This document shows positions 22,045 to 32,807 of a stretch of 64,000 nt of DNA, piece after piece. Source of the stretch: Prevotella sp. (lineage in GTDB: Bacteria > Bacteroidota > Bacteroidia > Bacteroidales > Dysgonomonadaceae). The DNA is taken from positions 1 to 64,000 of the forward strand of contig JAITVV010000048.1 of NCBI GenBank assembly GCA_031285625.1, read 5' to 3'. The notes under the pieces were generated by a model. The model was not told the origin of the DNA, did no database searches, and saw nothing but the letters and a program-made list of their open reading frames with translations. Each line of letters begins with the position of its first letter. Position 1 is the stretch's first letter. A program made the translations under genes and the position numbers.

Positions 22045-23036
22045 TCTTTTATTGCTTTTACAAGTAAATCATTCTCCTCAGATGATTGTGTAGCAATACG
22101 AAAGTAATGTTTGTCCAGTCCGTAGAAATTAGAAGCATCACGAATAAGAATACTATAGCTATCAATCAGATAACGTTTGAGATCAGAAGCTTTTCTTTCG
22201 GCTAATTTACATAAAAAAAAGTGTGTATCGGTTGGTGATACTATTATTTTTTGCAAGCATTCTAAGTTTTTTTGCAGACGCTTGGTCTCTTTCAAATAAT
22301 TTGTAATATCCATAGCCTGTCCGTTCTCCAAAAGAAATTTTCCTGCCTCAATTGCCAACCCATTCACAGACCAGGGCATACAATAGCCTGAAATATTCGC
22401 CAAAACATCAGCATGGGCAGTTATATATCCCAGCCGGAGCCCGGGAATGGCAAAATGCTTTGTCATAGAGTGTAACAGTATCACATTTTGGAATTGAACC
22501 GCTTCCGATATACTAAATAACTCTTTCAATGTAAAATGCTCATAAGACTGGTCTATAATAATATATTGGTTAGAATGACCTTTTATGTACTCTATCAATA
22601 CATTTTTGTCTATCACCGTCCCTGTCGGATTGTTAGGATTGCATAACCAGACCAAATCAGTATCGGCAGATACTTCGTCTAAAGATTTTATTTGTTGAAC
22701 AGCATGTTTATTTATCTTACATGCATCACCATATTCACTAAACGTAGGGTAAAAGATAGCTGATTTGGCATGAGCAAATGTTTGAGCAATCAGGTATATG
22801 GCTTCAGTAGCACCATTAGTAACACAGAGACTCTGCTCTGTCACTCCGTTTTGCTTTGCTAACAGCCTTATTAATGAACCGGCATCAGGCTCAGGATATG
22901 AATGAATAACATTAATATGCGAACATAAATGCTCTTGCAAAGCAGACAAATCTTGCCGGCTGTATATATTCGAACTAAAATTACTTATTATTTCCTTACT
23001 ATAGCTGTATATATCGTCTCCGTGCCCGTTAATCAT
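22035..23036 (-). CDS. cobD: L-threonine-O-3-phosphate decarboxylase (PLP, class I/II)
   Basis: GHGDD, NFSSN, NGATEAI, CNPNNPTG, SMTK.FAIPGLRLGY. Confidence 0.88.
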   Translation of the reverse strand: MINGHGDDIYSYSKEIISNFSSNIYSRQDLSALQEHLCSHINVIHSYPEPDAGSLIRLLAKQNGVTEQSLCVTNGATEAIYLIAQTFAHAKSAIFYPTFSEYGDACKINKHAVQQIKSLDEVSADTDLVWLCNPNNPTGTVIDKNVLIEYIKGHSNQYIIIDQSYEHFTLKELFSISEAVQFQNVILLHSMTKHFAIPGLRLGYITAHADVLANISGYCMPWSVNGLAIEAGKFLLENGQAMDITNYLKETKRLQKNLECLQKIIVSPTDTHFFLCKLAERKASDLKRYLIDSYSILIRDASNFYGLDKHYFRIATQSSEENDLLVKAIKEWM

Positions 23037-23122
23037 TCCGATTCGTTATTAAAATATAAAAACTTCAATAGATAAGTTTATCTGCAGGATCTATTACAAA
23101 TAACACAACCAACAAAATTCCA

Positions 23123-24622
23123 TTATCCTTTCATTATTTTATAAACCAGATCCATATTTACATGTTTGCGTACATGATCTGCCAGTTTATTATATTGCTC
23201 TTCTTTAAAAGCTTTGAAATCGAAAGGCGTATCTGATAATTTAGCTGCATATGGCGCAAGTAAATGATCAACAACTACTCCATTGTCAAGAATACCATGA
23301 ATATATGTACCAAAGCATTTATTATTCAGGAAGTAGCCATCGGTTTTCCCATCATCCAATTTATTTAAAGGAGATGCCTCTGCATTTTCTACAGGAGAGG
23401 TAGCTCCCATATGAATTTCATACCCTTCGCATTCCAGGTCTGAACCTAGGAAAGAGAACTTCACCTGACGTGTCACTTTATCACCTTCCATTTGTGTCGT
23501 TATCGGCAATAATCCAAGACCCGGCAAACGCTCAATATTACTTTCCACATGATTGGGATCACATACCTCCTGCCCCATTATCTGGTAGCCTCCACAAATA
23601 CCGACTACTGTAGCTCCGTTTTTATGAGCTTTTACAATACTTTGGGCAACACCGTTACGGCGCAATTCATAAAGATCTGATAATGTACTCTTACTTCCGG
23701 GAATAAGTATGATATCAGCTTTTTCTATCTCATCGGTATTATTTGTATAATAGAGATGTACACGGGGATCACGTTCCAAGACATTAAAATCTGTAAAATT
23801 AGACAGGTGCCTTAACAAGACAACAGCAATATTTACCTTACCATGTGCAGCCTGAAGATTCTTGGTTTGTAACATTACAGAATCTTCTTCTTCGATATAT
23901 ATGTCTTTATAATAAGGGACGACACCAATAACAGGAATACCACATAGATCTTCGATTATCTTAATACCAGATTCAAACAGGCGTATATCTCCCCTGAATT
24001 TGTTAATAAGAATGCCTTTTACTTGTTTCCGTTCTTCTTCGCTAAGCAACATAACAGAGCCATAAACAGAAGCAAATACACCTCCCCTATCAATGTCAGC
24101 AACGAGAATAACATCTGCTTTTGCGTGTATAGCCATTGGCATATTTACCAAATCGACAGCCCTCAAATTAATTTCGGATATACTGCCTGCTCCTTCCATA
24201 ACAATAGGATTGTACCGCATAGCCAAACGATCGAAAGCATCATTTACTTCTTTCCGGAGTTCTTCGCGTCCCTCTACCCTAAAGTATTCATAAGCATGCT
24301 GGTTACCCACCGGTTTACCATTAAGTACCACCTGGCAAACTTTATCAGTCGTGGGTTTCAATAGTAAAGGATTCATATCTGTATGGCAAGGCACTCCAGC
24401 CGCCTCAGCCTGTACAGCCTGTGCCCGTCCTATCTCCAAGCCTTCAGGTGTGGCATACGAATTCAGCGCCATATTCTGTGCCTTAAAAGGTGCGGGACGA
24501 TAACCATCCTGCAAAAATATACGGCAAAAAGCCGCTGTTATAATACTCTTACCTACATCACTGCCTGTTCCGGCAAACATTACCGGATGAAGTTGCTTTG
24601 TGTCTTTTTCTGAGTGAGACAT
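23123..24622 (-). CDS. cobQ: Cobyric acid synthase
   Basis: GTGSDVGKS, PFKAQNM, EGAGS..EIN, GICGGYQ, GYEIH, TY.HG. Confidence 0.96.
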   Translation of the reverse strand: MSHSEKDTKQLHPVMFAGTGSDVGKSIITAAFCRIFLQDGYRPAPFKAQNMALNSYATPEGLEIGRAQAVQAEAAGVPCHTDMNPLLLKPTTDKVCQVVLNGKPVGNQHAYEYFRVEGREELRKEVNDAFDRLAMRYNPIVMEGAGSISEINLRAVDLVNMPMAIHAKADVILVADIDRGGVFASVYGSVMLLSEEERKQVKGILINKFRGDIRLFESGIKIIEDLCGIPVIGVVPYYKDIYIEEEDSVMLQTKNLQAAHGKVNIAVVLLRHLSNFTDFNVLERDPRVHLYYTNNTDEIEKADIILIPGSKSTLSDLYELRRNGVAQSIVKAHKNGATVVGICGGYQIMGQEVCDPNHVESNIERLPGLGLLPITTQMEGDKVTRQVKFSFLGSDLECEGYEIHMGATSPVENAEASPLNKLDDGKTDGYFLNNKCFGTYIHGILDNGVVVDHLLAPYAAKLSDTPFDFKAFKEEQYNKLADHVRKHVNMDLVYKIMKG

Positions 24623-24876
24623 GTATATAAATTATGATTTACTAATTATAAGCTGATCTTACAAAGGTAGAACTTTTCTCTCTGAAAAACCGTATCTTTG
24701 AAAAGATCAATTTATCTATATATAAATGATGTACAATTTGAGATTATGAAAAAAAGTGACAAGTAATTTATAATAAAAAGCTGTTACTTTTGTCACCTTT
24801 TTCTCATAAAAAACTAGATATAAACGACTTAATAATTGAGTATATTTGTAACTTTTTCGTATAATTTAATAATAGA

Positions 24877-25539
24877 ATGATAAAAATACAGGTATCGGAC
24901 GAAATAAAAATTCTCTGGCCCGATTTTGCCGGAGCAGCCATTTATACAGAGGTAAACAACACACCTCACAGCGAAACACTCTGGCAACAAATAAATAGCT
25001 ACGCAACAGAATATAAAGCGACTCACGAAATAGAAGATATAAAGAAAAATCCGGCGATAACAGCAACACGCGAGGCATACAAGAAATTTGGGAAAGACCC
25101 GAACCGTTACCGCCCCTCCTCAGAAGCTCTTTGTCGCCGTATATTAAGGGATCTGCCCTTATACCAAATAGATACCTTGGTGGATTTGATTAATCTTGTA
25201 TCTATCCGTACAGGTTATTCCATCGGAGGTTTTGACGCAGACAAAATCCAAGGAGACACGCTTACTCTCGGTATTGGAAAAGCAAATGAACCTTATGAAG
25301 GAATTGGAAAAGGTATTTTAAATATAGAGGGATTACCTGTATATCGTGATTCATCAGGCGGAATAGGGACGCCAACCAGTGACCATGAACGTACAAAAAT
25401 AGAATTGGGTACAACGAAATTTTTAGCCCTGATAAACGGTTACAGTGGAAAAGACGGATTACCGGAAGCTGTTGAATATATGCAGTCATTGTTACGGGAA
25501 TTTACTAATTCGGATGGTGGAGAGGTGACATTTTATTAA
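24877..25539 (+). CDS. B3/B4 domain protein (PheRS beta editing-like)
   Basis: KDPNRYRPSSEAL.RR, LVD..N..S, GTPTSD.ERT. Confidence 0.88.
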   Translation: MIKIQVSDEIKILWPDFAGAAIYTEVNNTPHSETLWQQINSYATEYKATHEIEDIKKNPAITATREAYKKFGKDPNRYRPSSEALCRRILRDLPLYQIDTLVDLINLVSIRTGYSIGGFDADKIQGDTLTLGIGKANEPYEGIGKGILNIEGLPVYRDSSGGIGTPTSDHERTKIELGTTKFLALINGYSGKDGLPEAVEYMQSLLREFTNSDGGEVTFY

Positions 25540-25549
25540 ACATAAGATC

Positions 25550-27004
25550 ATGAAAATATTAACTGGCAATCAAATTAAAGAAGCTGATCTGTATACAATC
25601 GAGCATGAACCGATCAAATCAGTTGACCTGATGGAAAGAGCTTCAAATGTTATTGCGGAATGGATATACAGTAATATAAATAAGCATACTCCTCTCCTGT
25701 TTCTTATAGGTAAAGGTAATAATGGAGGTGATGGCCTGGCTGTGGCCCGTATTTTATATTATGCCGGATACGATTGTTCGGTCTTATTACCTTTTGAGAA
25801 GGAAGCATTAAGCAGAGAGTGCCGTAAAAACCTTGAAAGACTGCCAATTGAAATTGGAAAGAAAGATACCAAAGACATAAAATCCAATACCATAATTATC
25901 GATGCTCTACTGGGTACAGGAGTAAAAGGGAATATTAAAGAGCCTCTGTCATCAATAATTGAAGAGATCAACTTATTACCGAATAAAGTTATTTCTATTG
26001 ATCTGCCATCAGGTATGAAAAGCGAATTTGGAAATATTGATCAAAAAATAATTAAAGCAGGTATAACCCTTACGCTTGAATTTCCCAAATTAGCAATGCT
26101 ATTGCCTGAAGCAGGAGAATACTGCGGAGACATAAAGATACTACCGATAGGACTGGATAAAGAATTTATTAACAATGCTCCATCTACTTATCACTATATT
26201 ACGAATGAGTTTATAGAAAATATAAAACTCAGACGTGAAAAATTCTCTCATAAGGGTACATACGGGCACGCTTTACTTATCTGTGGATCCAGAGGAATGG
26301 TAGGAGCAGCAGTTTTAGCTACAGGAGCAGCATTACGCTCGGGTTGCGGGTTAGTAACAACACATATCCCTGAAGAAGAACGACTTGCTATACAAGTAAA
26401 CCATCCTTCAGCAATGTTAAGCCTCGATGAGGCACCTTATTTTTCGACATTACCCATCAACATATCTAAATATACAAGTATTGGCATCGGTAGCGGGCTA
26501 GGACAAAACCATGAAACAACAAGCACATTCAAACAATTACTAAATAGCATATACAGACCAATTGTGATTGATGCCGATGCCCTAAATATATTATCTGATA
26601 ATTATAACTTAAGACAGCATATACCTGCTGGCTCTATACTTACTCCCCATCCGGGAGAACTGAAACGCCTGATAGGTGAATGGCCGGATGAAGAAATCAA
26701 AATAGAGCATGTGCGAAAATTGGCATCAAATCTACAATCGATCATTATAGTAAAAGGGGCACATACCATGATATGTCTGCCTGATGGCAATTGTTATTTC
26801 AATTCTAGCGGAAATAGCGGAATGGCTAAAGGTGGCAGTGGAGATATACTAACAGGTTATATTACAGGATTGCTAGCCAGAGGCTATGATAGTATTCACG
26901 CAGCCATATTAGGGGTACACAGGCACGGGCTGGCCGGAGATGAAGCTGCTGAAAAATATAGTGTAGAGAGTATGAACAGTAAAGATATAATAGACTTTCT
27001 TTGA
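25550..27004 (+). CDS. nnr: Bifunctional NAD(P)HX epimerase/dehydratase
   Basis: LMERA, GKGNNGGDG, DALLGTG, HKGTYG, DADAL, TPHPGE, GGSGDIL. Confidence 0.95.
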   Translation: MKILTGNQIKEADLYTIEHEPIKSVDLMERASNVIAEWIYSNINKHTPLLFLIGKGNNGGDGLAVARILYYAGYDCSVLLPFEKEALSRECRKNLERLPIEIGKKDTKDIKSNTIIIDALLGTGVKGNIKEPLSSIIEEINLLPNKVISIDLPSGMKSEFGNIDQKIIKAGITLTLEFPKLAMLLPEAGEYCGDIKILPIGLDKEFINNAPSTYHYITNEFIENIKLRREKFSHKGTYGHALLICGSRGMVGAAVLATGAALRSGCGLVTTHIPEEERLAIQVNHPSAMLSLDEAPYFSTLPINISKYTSIGIGSGLGQNHETTSTFKQLLNSIYRPIVIDADALNILSDNYNLRQHIPAGSILTPHPGELKRLIGEWPDEEIKIEHVRKLASNLQSIIIVKGAHTMICLPDGNCYFNSSGNSGMAKGGSGDILTGYITGLLARGYDSIHAAILGVHRHGLAGDEAAEKYSVESMNSKDIIDFL

Positions 27005-27073
27005 TAAAAAAAGAAGCCCGCAACATCACATCGCAGACTTCCTGTACCTTAACACAAACTTTACAAACTACAC
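27005..27073 (-). ncRNA. Candidate small RNA, paralogous family copy 1
   Basis: Minus strand UGUAGUUUGUAAAGUUUGUGUUAAGG + GAAGUCUGCGAU-GUGA-UGUUGCGGGCUUC-U7; the G-U pairs form only in this orientation. Confidence 0.7.
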
Positions 27074-27078
27074 AATGA

Positions 27079-27126
27079 TATAACTGTATAGCAAGCAAAA
27101 AAGTTCAAAAGGTTTTGTTAATTAAC
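27079..27126 (-). promoter_or_regulatory. ECF-like promoter with upstream palindrome
   Basis: GTTAATTAAC-N10-GAAC-N18-GTTATA, same spacing as 50732-50779. Confidence 0.6.
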
Positions 27127-27142
27127 AGTATCTAGTATTTTT

Positions 27143-27949
27143 TTAGAAATAAAATTTGAGCATACCATCAAAACGCTCCATGTAGCGATACAGATGTTTA
27201 CCTAAAATACGTTGCTGCTCTTTTTTTGAATTGAGTTCCATCTCCGCATATTTAGAAGTGTTTCCCTTATATGCATAATCAAATTGACGGGTGTTTACCT
27301 GAATAAGGATAAGGATTAGTGTAATAGATAATATAGTAGTTGTGAATAACCTGGCTTTTTCCCTAACCTTCTTAAATATAGCCGGTATAGTCAGATTAAT
27401 AATTATAGAACCTACTATTAATAAGAAAATATCATAGTTATTCCACCACCATATCTTACCAGAGCCTCCGACATAATCGACTGAAGGCCAAAACATAGCG
27501 ATTCCGCCCCATACCGATGACGAAGTAGGCAGATCGCCGGCTAGATGTGCCCATGCCGCTAATATGAATACAGCTAAATATATCAGATGGCTTTTACATA
27601 AAGATGGTAACACTATTTGCTTTTTGCTGAACACCTTTTGGAATAAGAATATTGAGGATACCAGCAAGAGACCAAAGAGAATACTTGCTATAATAGAATG
27701 GAAAAAGGCATGATGGGAATACCAAAACTTACTTCCATAAATGACTTTTCCAGTATGAGACAGATCGAAAAGACGACCGAATATACTATCAAAACGAGAC
27801 CACATACTAATAGCGTCTATATCGGGGAAAGCTCCTCCGACAGTACCTATGAGTATAATCTTTGCCTTCCTAAGAGGTGTAGCACCAACATAAGTTGCAG
27901 CACATGTAGCCACAGCTGTTCCCGATAAGGCATGAGTGAGTATGTCCAT
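27143..27949 (-). CDS. Membrane-bound metal-dependent hydrolase (YdjM/DUF457-like)
   Basis: MDILTH, PDID, HH.FFHS, H..GD motifs with hydrophobic segments. Confidence 0.85.
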   Translation of the reverse strand: MDILTHALSGTAVATCAATYVGATPLRKAKIILIGTVGGAFPDIDAISMWSRFDSIFGRLFDLSHTGKVIYGSKFWYSHHAFFHSIIASILFGLLLVSSIFLFQKVFSKKQIVLPSLCKSHLIYLAVFILAAWAHLAGDLPTSSSVWGGIAMFWPSVDYVGGSGKIWWWNNYDIFLLIVGSIIINLTIPAIFKKVREKARLFTTTILSITLILILIQVNTRQFDYAYKGNTSKYAEMELNSKKEQQRILGKHLYRYMERFDGMLKFYF

Positions 27950-27957
27950 GATAACAG

Positions 27958-28977
27958 TTAAGTCTCCTCTTCGGTAAGGAATGGGATAATAAGCTCATTT
28001 GTAGAAGAAGGAAGCAACTTCGTTTTTATATAGAAACGTTGTTTATCAAAATATTCAATGCGTTGCCTGGCATTACATTCCGTGATTAAGGTGGTATAGC
28101 GCTTCAATGATTGGATCCATTCTTTTTGCCTTCTACACATTTCAATATCGTAAGAACCTAAAATTTCGGCTGAGGCTGTCCAATAATGTACACATGATTT
28201 ATTATCATATTCGATATGGACATAACTAGGTTCCAGATCTACGGCAGATATATATACATTAACATTGACGCCTCCCTTATTAACTCCGGTTTTTGCTATA
28301 TTCTCCATAAAATCGGTAGCTCGCAAGAGTTCCTGTTGAAATAAAGCTTGTTCTTCGTCTGTTATCAGTCCCCGGTTAACATAATAGTTAATATCTTTTA
28401 TCATGGATAAGAACAGATTATTATCCGCTAATATGGTTATCTCACAATCCAGCTTTATATTACTATCAAGATAATTCTTATATATTTCTTTAATTTCTGT
28501 GGGTACAACAAAATCTTTAAAATAGAAGTCAGAGGGTACATTTTGTGTATGATAGAACCATTTATAATAATAAAATTTAGCAAGATTCTCATAGTGAAGT
28601 GTATAAGCATATGGTAATCTATTTAATACCAGTTCGACCTTGGCAACCTTTGCATCTTTTACCTTTGTTAGCAGATCCAAATTCATCTGCATTATTTCCA
28701 GATAGGTATTTATCGGATCAGTAGATTTAGACATCTGAAAATCAAACAGCACACTATCTTTATAACTAAGGCCAATAATATGGTCTAATGAGATTCCCAG
28801 TTTGGGAACGATAGTACATATTTCCTCAAAGGTGAAAGGTATCTCATTTCGAAGCCTGCGATATACCGATTCCTTATTCAGATCAAGGATATCTACTAAA
28901 TAAGCTACTATTTTTTTTGTTTCAGGGATATGCTTTTGCAGGGCATCAACCAGCATCTTGTTCTTCTTATTTTTCAT
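27958..28977 (-). CDS. N-terminal HTH putative transcriptional regulator (Bacteroidetes family)
   Basis: LVDILDLNKESVYRRLRNEIPFTFEE...LGISLD. Confidence 0.8.
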   Translation of the reverse strand: MKNKKNKMLVDALQKHIPETKKIVAYLVDILDLNKESVYRRLRNEIPFTFEEICTIVPKLGISLDHIIGLSYKDSVLFDFQMSKSTDPINTYLEIMQMNLDLLTKVKDAKVAKVELVLNRLPYAYTLHYENLAKFYYYKWFYHTQNVPSDFYFKDFVVPTEIKEIYKNYLDSNIKLDCEITILADNNLFLSMIKDINYYVNRGLITDEEQALFQQELLRATDFMENIAKTGVNKGGVNVNVYISAVDLEPSYVHIEYDNKSCVHYWTASAEILGSYDIEMCRRQKEWIQSLKRYTTLITECNARQRIEYFDKQRFYIKTKLLPSSTNELIIPFLTEEET

Positions 28978-29332
28978 ATAGTCGCCATAACAATAGTCTG
29001 CTATAAAGTTAACAAATAATTATACTTATTTGCCTATCTTGGAAACAAAGATCATTCATTTTTTTAACTTATTATAAAATTCAAAGCTTTGTATCTTTTC
29101 CTTTCTCGCTGCATCAGTTACAATCGAGGAATTATACTATTTTACTTTTAATATTTTAATATTATCCTTATTATCAAGTAATTTCAATATATAATCATCA
29201 TAAGGACAAGCCCAGTAACAACCCGTAACTGCAAGCCTACTATTATCAGGAGAAATAAGAATATCAGTCCAGATAAAAGGATATATGTAGAAAACAAATT
29301 ATATTTACATAAAAGATGCAAAACATTAACTA

Positions 29333-29821
29333 ATGAGATTACGAACAGAGATAGAACCACGAATAGATATAGCCAAAGAACATTATCAGACAATATTAGA
29401 TTATGTTACAGGGTATGAAAGTTATGTGGATGAAAAAGGTGATGAGAATAACGAAGAATACAAGAGAATAGAAGCTAAAATTCAGGATATCACAGGCAAA
29501 GACATGTCTCGTTATAATTTATGGGAAACATGGGAAGCAGAAGGTCCCGAAGTGCTTTCATTCAGGATAAGCTTACCCGATCCAAATAAGATAACGGACT
29601 TAACAAGAGAAGAGTTATTGGAAATCATAAGGCGAACAAGGGATTGTGATGTGTCTAAAATAGATAATGATTCTTTTGAAAGTAACTTTATCTATTATTT
29701 AGATGATTATTATCATAGCTTTTTAAAACTTAATTGCAAAAATTATAATTATAACTACTTCATACGACAAAAAGATGGCAGTACTCTGACCAATGATGAG
29801 ATAGTGAATAAATTAACCTAA
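29333..29821 (+). CDS. Hypothetical acidic protein, possibly orphan immunity protein
   Basis: 162-aa ORF; C-terminal half (ITDLTREELLEII...TNDEIV) loosely recalls colicin/pyocin DNase immunity proteins. Confidence 0.55.
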   Translation: MRLRTEIEPRIDIAKEHYQTILDYVTGYESYVDEKGDENNEEYKRIEAKIQDITGKDMSRYNLWETWEAEGPEVLSFRISLPDPNKITDLTREELLEIIRRTRDCDVSKIDNDSFESNFIYYLDDYYHSFLKLNCKNYNYNYFIRQKDGSTLTNDEIVNKLT

Positions 29822-29841
29822 CAATTCATTACTTATAATAA

Positions 29842-30570
29842 ATGAAAGAAAATAAATATGATGATCAGGCTTTCTTCGATCAATATAGTCAAATGACACG
29901 TTCTGTAGAAGGATTGAAAGGAGCGGGAGAATGGCATATCCTAAAACAGATGTTACCTTCCTTTGAGGGCAAACGAGTGTTAGATCTCGGATGCGGCTTT
30001 GGATGGCATTGCCGGTATGCTATCGAACAGGGAGCAACCTTTGTGATGGGAATTGATATATCCGAAAGAATGATATCTGAAGCCCTGAGTAAGAATAATT
30101 CTCCCAGGATTGAATACAGATGTATGGCAATTGAAGATTTTGACTATTGTCCTGATACATTCGATATAGTTATTAGTTCATTGGCTTTTCATTATTTGGA
30201 ATCATTCGACGATATAAGCAACAAGGTTTACAGATGCCTTACCGGAAACGGACAATTTGTATTTTCCGTAGAGCATCCGGTCTTTACAGCCTATGGCAAT
30301 CAGGACTGGTTCTATGATCAGGCAGGTAATCGTTTACACTGGCCTGTTGATAGATATTTCGACGAAGGACGACGTAATGCATCTTTTTTAGGTGGAGATG
30401 TTATTAAATATCACAAAACACTAACTACTTATATAAATGGCTTATTATCCTCAGGTTTTAAGATAACAGCACTGGTAGAACCTGAACCGGATAATACCAT
30501 GATGGAAATACCGGGAATGTTGGATGAGTTGCGGAGGCCAATGTTTCTTATTATAGCTACTGAGAAATAA
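29842..30570 (+). CDS. Class I SAM-dependent methyltransferase
   Basis: VLDLGCGFG, GIDIS, ISSLAFHY, FSVEHP. Confidence 0.93.
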   Translation: MKENKYDDQAFFDQYSQMTRSVEGLKGAGEWHILKQMLPSFEGKRVLDLGCGFGWHCRYAIEQGATFVMGIDISERMISEALSKNNSPRIEYRCMAIEDFDYCPDTFDIVISSLAFHYLESFDDISNKVYRCLTGNGQFVFSVEHPVFTAYGNQDWFYDQAGNRLHWPVDRYFDEGRRNASFLGGDVIKYHKTLTTYINGLLSSGFKITALVEPEPDNTMMEIPGMLDELRRPMFLIIATEK

Positions 30571-30573
30571 TTA

Positions 30574-31215
30574 CTATTGCCCTCCTCTGTATACTTTCAC
30601 AAATAGCACAACCATACAAATAGATAAAAATAAGACTGATAGATCCGAATAGGTCTGTAATGACATAATTACAACATCAGCCTCAGGTTCCGTTAAATTT
30701 ATACTGAATTTATAGAAAGTATAATATGTCTCTACAATATTGCAAACGACTCCAACCGCATTAAGAATGAAAGCAATCCCTAATATTTTTAATCCTCCGA
30801 TCCTATCATTTTTGAATTGCAAAAGATTAATCCCGATGATTATGTACAATACAATACGCAGGATAGCCAAAAGATTGAAAAAAAGAGAGGTAATCCCCAT
30901 TAAATAATGAAATTGAAGAGGTAGAACATGTATAAGAACATTTACAATTAATTGTATTCCAAGAGTAATTAAGATAATGTAGATAGCTACCTTGATCTTT
31001 TCTTGTTTATAATTAGTTATATATTGACTAAAAAGAAAGAGTACACACATATTCAATAAATAAAAGGGAAGAAATGCAAGCGTACCGGATATTGTCCAGC
31101 CAATTATTGACCTGAATATATGTGTGTAGATAATTGAGATAAAACAAGCCAGTAAGCTAATACCTACTACAGTCTTCAGATATGATTTCTTATTTATCAA
31201 TTGTTCTGTATTCAT
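30574..31215 (-). CDS. Hypothetical multi-pass membrane protein
   Basis: About six hydrophobic segments; D.IGGL..LG motif shared with 63116-63853. Confidence 0.7.
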   Translation of the reverse strand: MNTEQLINKKSYLKTVVGISLLACFISIIYTHIFRSIIGWTISGTLAFLPFYLLNMCVLFLFSQYITNYKQEKIKVAIYIILITLGIQLIVNVLIHVLPLQFHYLMGITSLFFNLLAILRIVLYIIIGINLLQFKNDRIGGLKILGIAFILNAVGVVCNIVETYYTFYKFSINLTEPEADVVIMSLQTYSDLSVLFLSICMVVLFVKVYRGGQ

Positions 31216-31695
31216 TATTTTTAGAAATATTTCTTGTTAATAAGTGAGAGAATATCTATTGCTATTTCTATACTAAACACAATGTACATAAATATACAAA
31301 TAGTGTAAAAATTTATTAATGATTATCTATCAAGCGGTTGCATTGTTAAAAAGAAATCAAAAGGTATTTTTTAACTTAATTTTCTTGATTATACAGAAAT
31401 TAAGGTTAATTTTGTCTTGTATTCACATGACACAAAACAGATGAACTACTTTAGCTTTAAATTTTTACCTATAATTTCTTTTTCTTTCTTAATGAGAACA
31501 GGTAGTAATTTTATTAAAAAAATTCCTTTTATAGCTTATCTGTTCAACATATTCATGCAAACACTAACCACAATATATCATTCATCAGAATTAATGACTC
31601 CTCATTATTATTTACAACGTGTAAAAAATAAACACTTTTATCAAAAGAGAGTTCAAATTTCGTATTGAAGGGTGTATAAATCTGAAATTATAATT

Positions 31696-31782
31696 ATGTA
31701 GACGCCTGACGTTAACACAAACACACTATTACTAGACTACAGGCGCAACCCTCAGGGAGAAATCCGCTGGGGGTTTCTTTTT
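31696..31782 (+). ncRNA. Candidate structured small RNA carrying the complement of the paralogous sRNA core
   Basis: CGCCUG...CAGGCG stem enclosing UUAACACAAAC...UUACUAGACUA, then terminator AACCCUCAG...CUGGGGGUU-UCUUUUU; no convincing gene upstream on the + strand. Confidence 0.55.
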
Positions 31783-31861
31783 ATAGATTATTTGTACACT
31801 CCTCTTAGCTTATATGAGCTTTTTGATATATTTTTGTGTTTGAAAAGTATAGGAGGATATT

Positions 31862-32716
31862 ATGTCGAAAAATTCTACGGATCAAAATTATAAACCTATT
31901 TCTGTTGGTATAGTAATATCTACCTACAACAATCCGGAATGGCTAAAAAAGACATTATGGGGTTATACTACTCAGTCACATTCTGCATTCGAACTCATTA
32001 TAGCAGATGATGGCTCAGACAATCGAACCCGTGAACTTGTTGAAAGCTTTAAAAAAGATTATTTTCCGGATATAAAGCATGTGTGGCATGCAGATGAAGG
32101 ATTCAGAAAATGTAAAATTCTGAACGAGGCATTGATTGTAGCTGAGTCTGAATATCTCATCTTTACAGATCAGGACTGTATTCCGCGTAAGGATTTTATC
32201 GAAACACATCTTAAATATGCCCAGAAAGGCTATTTTCTTTCAGGCGGATATTCCCGGTTACCAATGGACTTGAGTAAATCTATTTCCTTTGATGATATAA
32301 CTTCAGGAAACGCATTTAATCTTGACTGGCTCAAGACGCATGGATTGAAGTCTTCTTTTAAAAATACAAAATTTACCAAATCAAGCAGCTTCGCTTCTTT
32401 TATGAATTTCATTACTCCTGCCAAAGCTTCCTGGAACGGATGTAATTCATCTGGATGGAAAGAGGATATGTTAGCAATTAACGGTTTCAACGAGGCCATG
32501 CAATATGGAGGACTGGATCGCGAATTTGGCGAAAGGCTTGTCAATTTTGGAATCCGTTCGAAGCAAATAAGGTATTCAGCCATATGCCTGCATCTGGATC
32601 ATGCCCGCCCATATAAGAAAATCGACCTTATAAAAAAGAATAAGGCAATTCGCCGCAATGTGAGAGTAAACAAGATTGTAAGAACCCCATTTGGAATAGA
32701 AAAGACAGAAGAATAA
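31862..32716 (+). CDS. Glycosyltransferase family 2
   Basis: ISTYN, IADDGS, FTDQD, GCNSS, NGFNE, D.EFG.RL. Confidence 0.93.
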   Translation: MSKNSTDQNYKPISVGIVISTYNNPEWLKKTLWGYTTQSHSAFELIIADDGSDNRTRELVESFKKDYFPDIKHVWHADEGFRKCKILNEALIVAESEYLIFTDQDCIPRKDFIETHLKYAQKGYFLSGGYSRLPMDLSKSISFDDITSGNAFNLDWLKTHGLKSSFKNTKFTKSSSFASFMNFITPAKASWNGCNSSGWKEDMLAINGFNEAMQYGGLDREFGERLVNFGIRSKQIRYSAICLHLDHARPYKKIDLIKKNKAIRRNVRVNKIVRTPFGIEKTEE

Positions 32717-32745
32717 CTTTATCTTCTTCGAACCTTTATATAATA

Positions 32746-32768
32746 AACGCCCGGAATATCCGGGCGTT
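32746..32768. terminator. Bidirectional terminator
   Basis: aacgcccgga-ata-tccgggcgtt. Confidence 0.85.
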
Positions 32769-32807
32769 CTTGTTAATCAAAAAAGAAAAGTCTCCTTTAC
32801 CTGATCT

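Noticed and set aside
31417-31668. 83-aa ORF upstream of the candidate sponge RNA
   Set aside because: TTG start, AT-rich, no recognisable features; not supported, though not strictly excluded.
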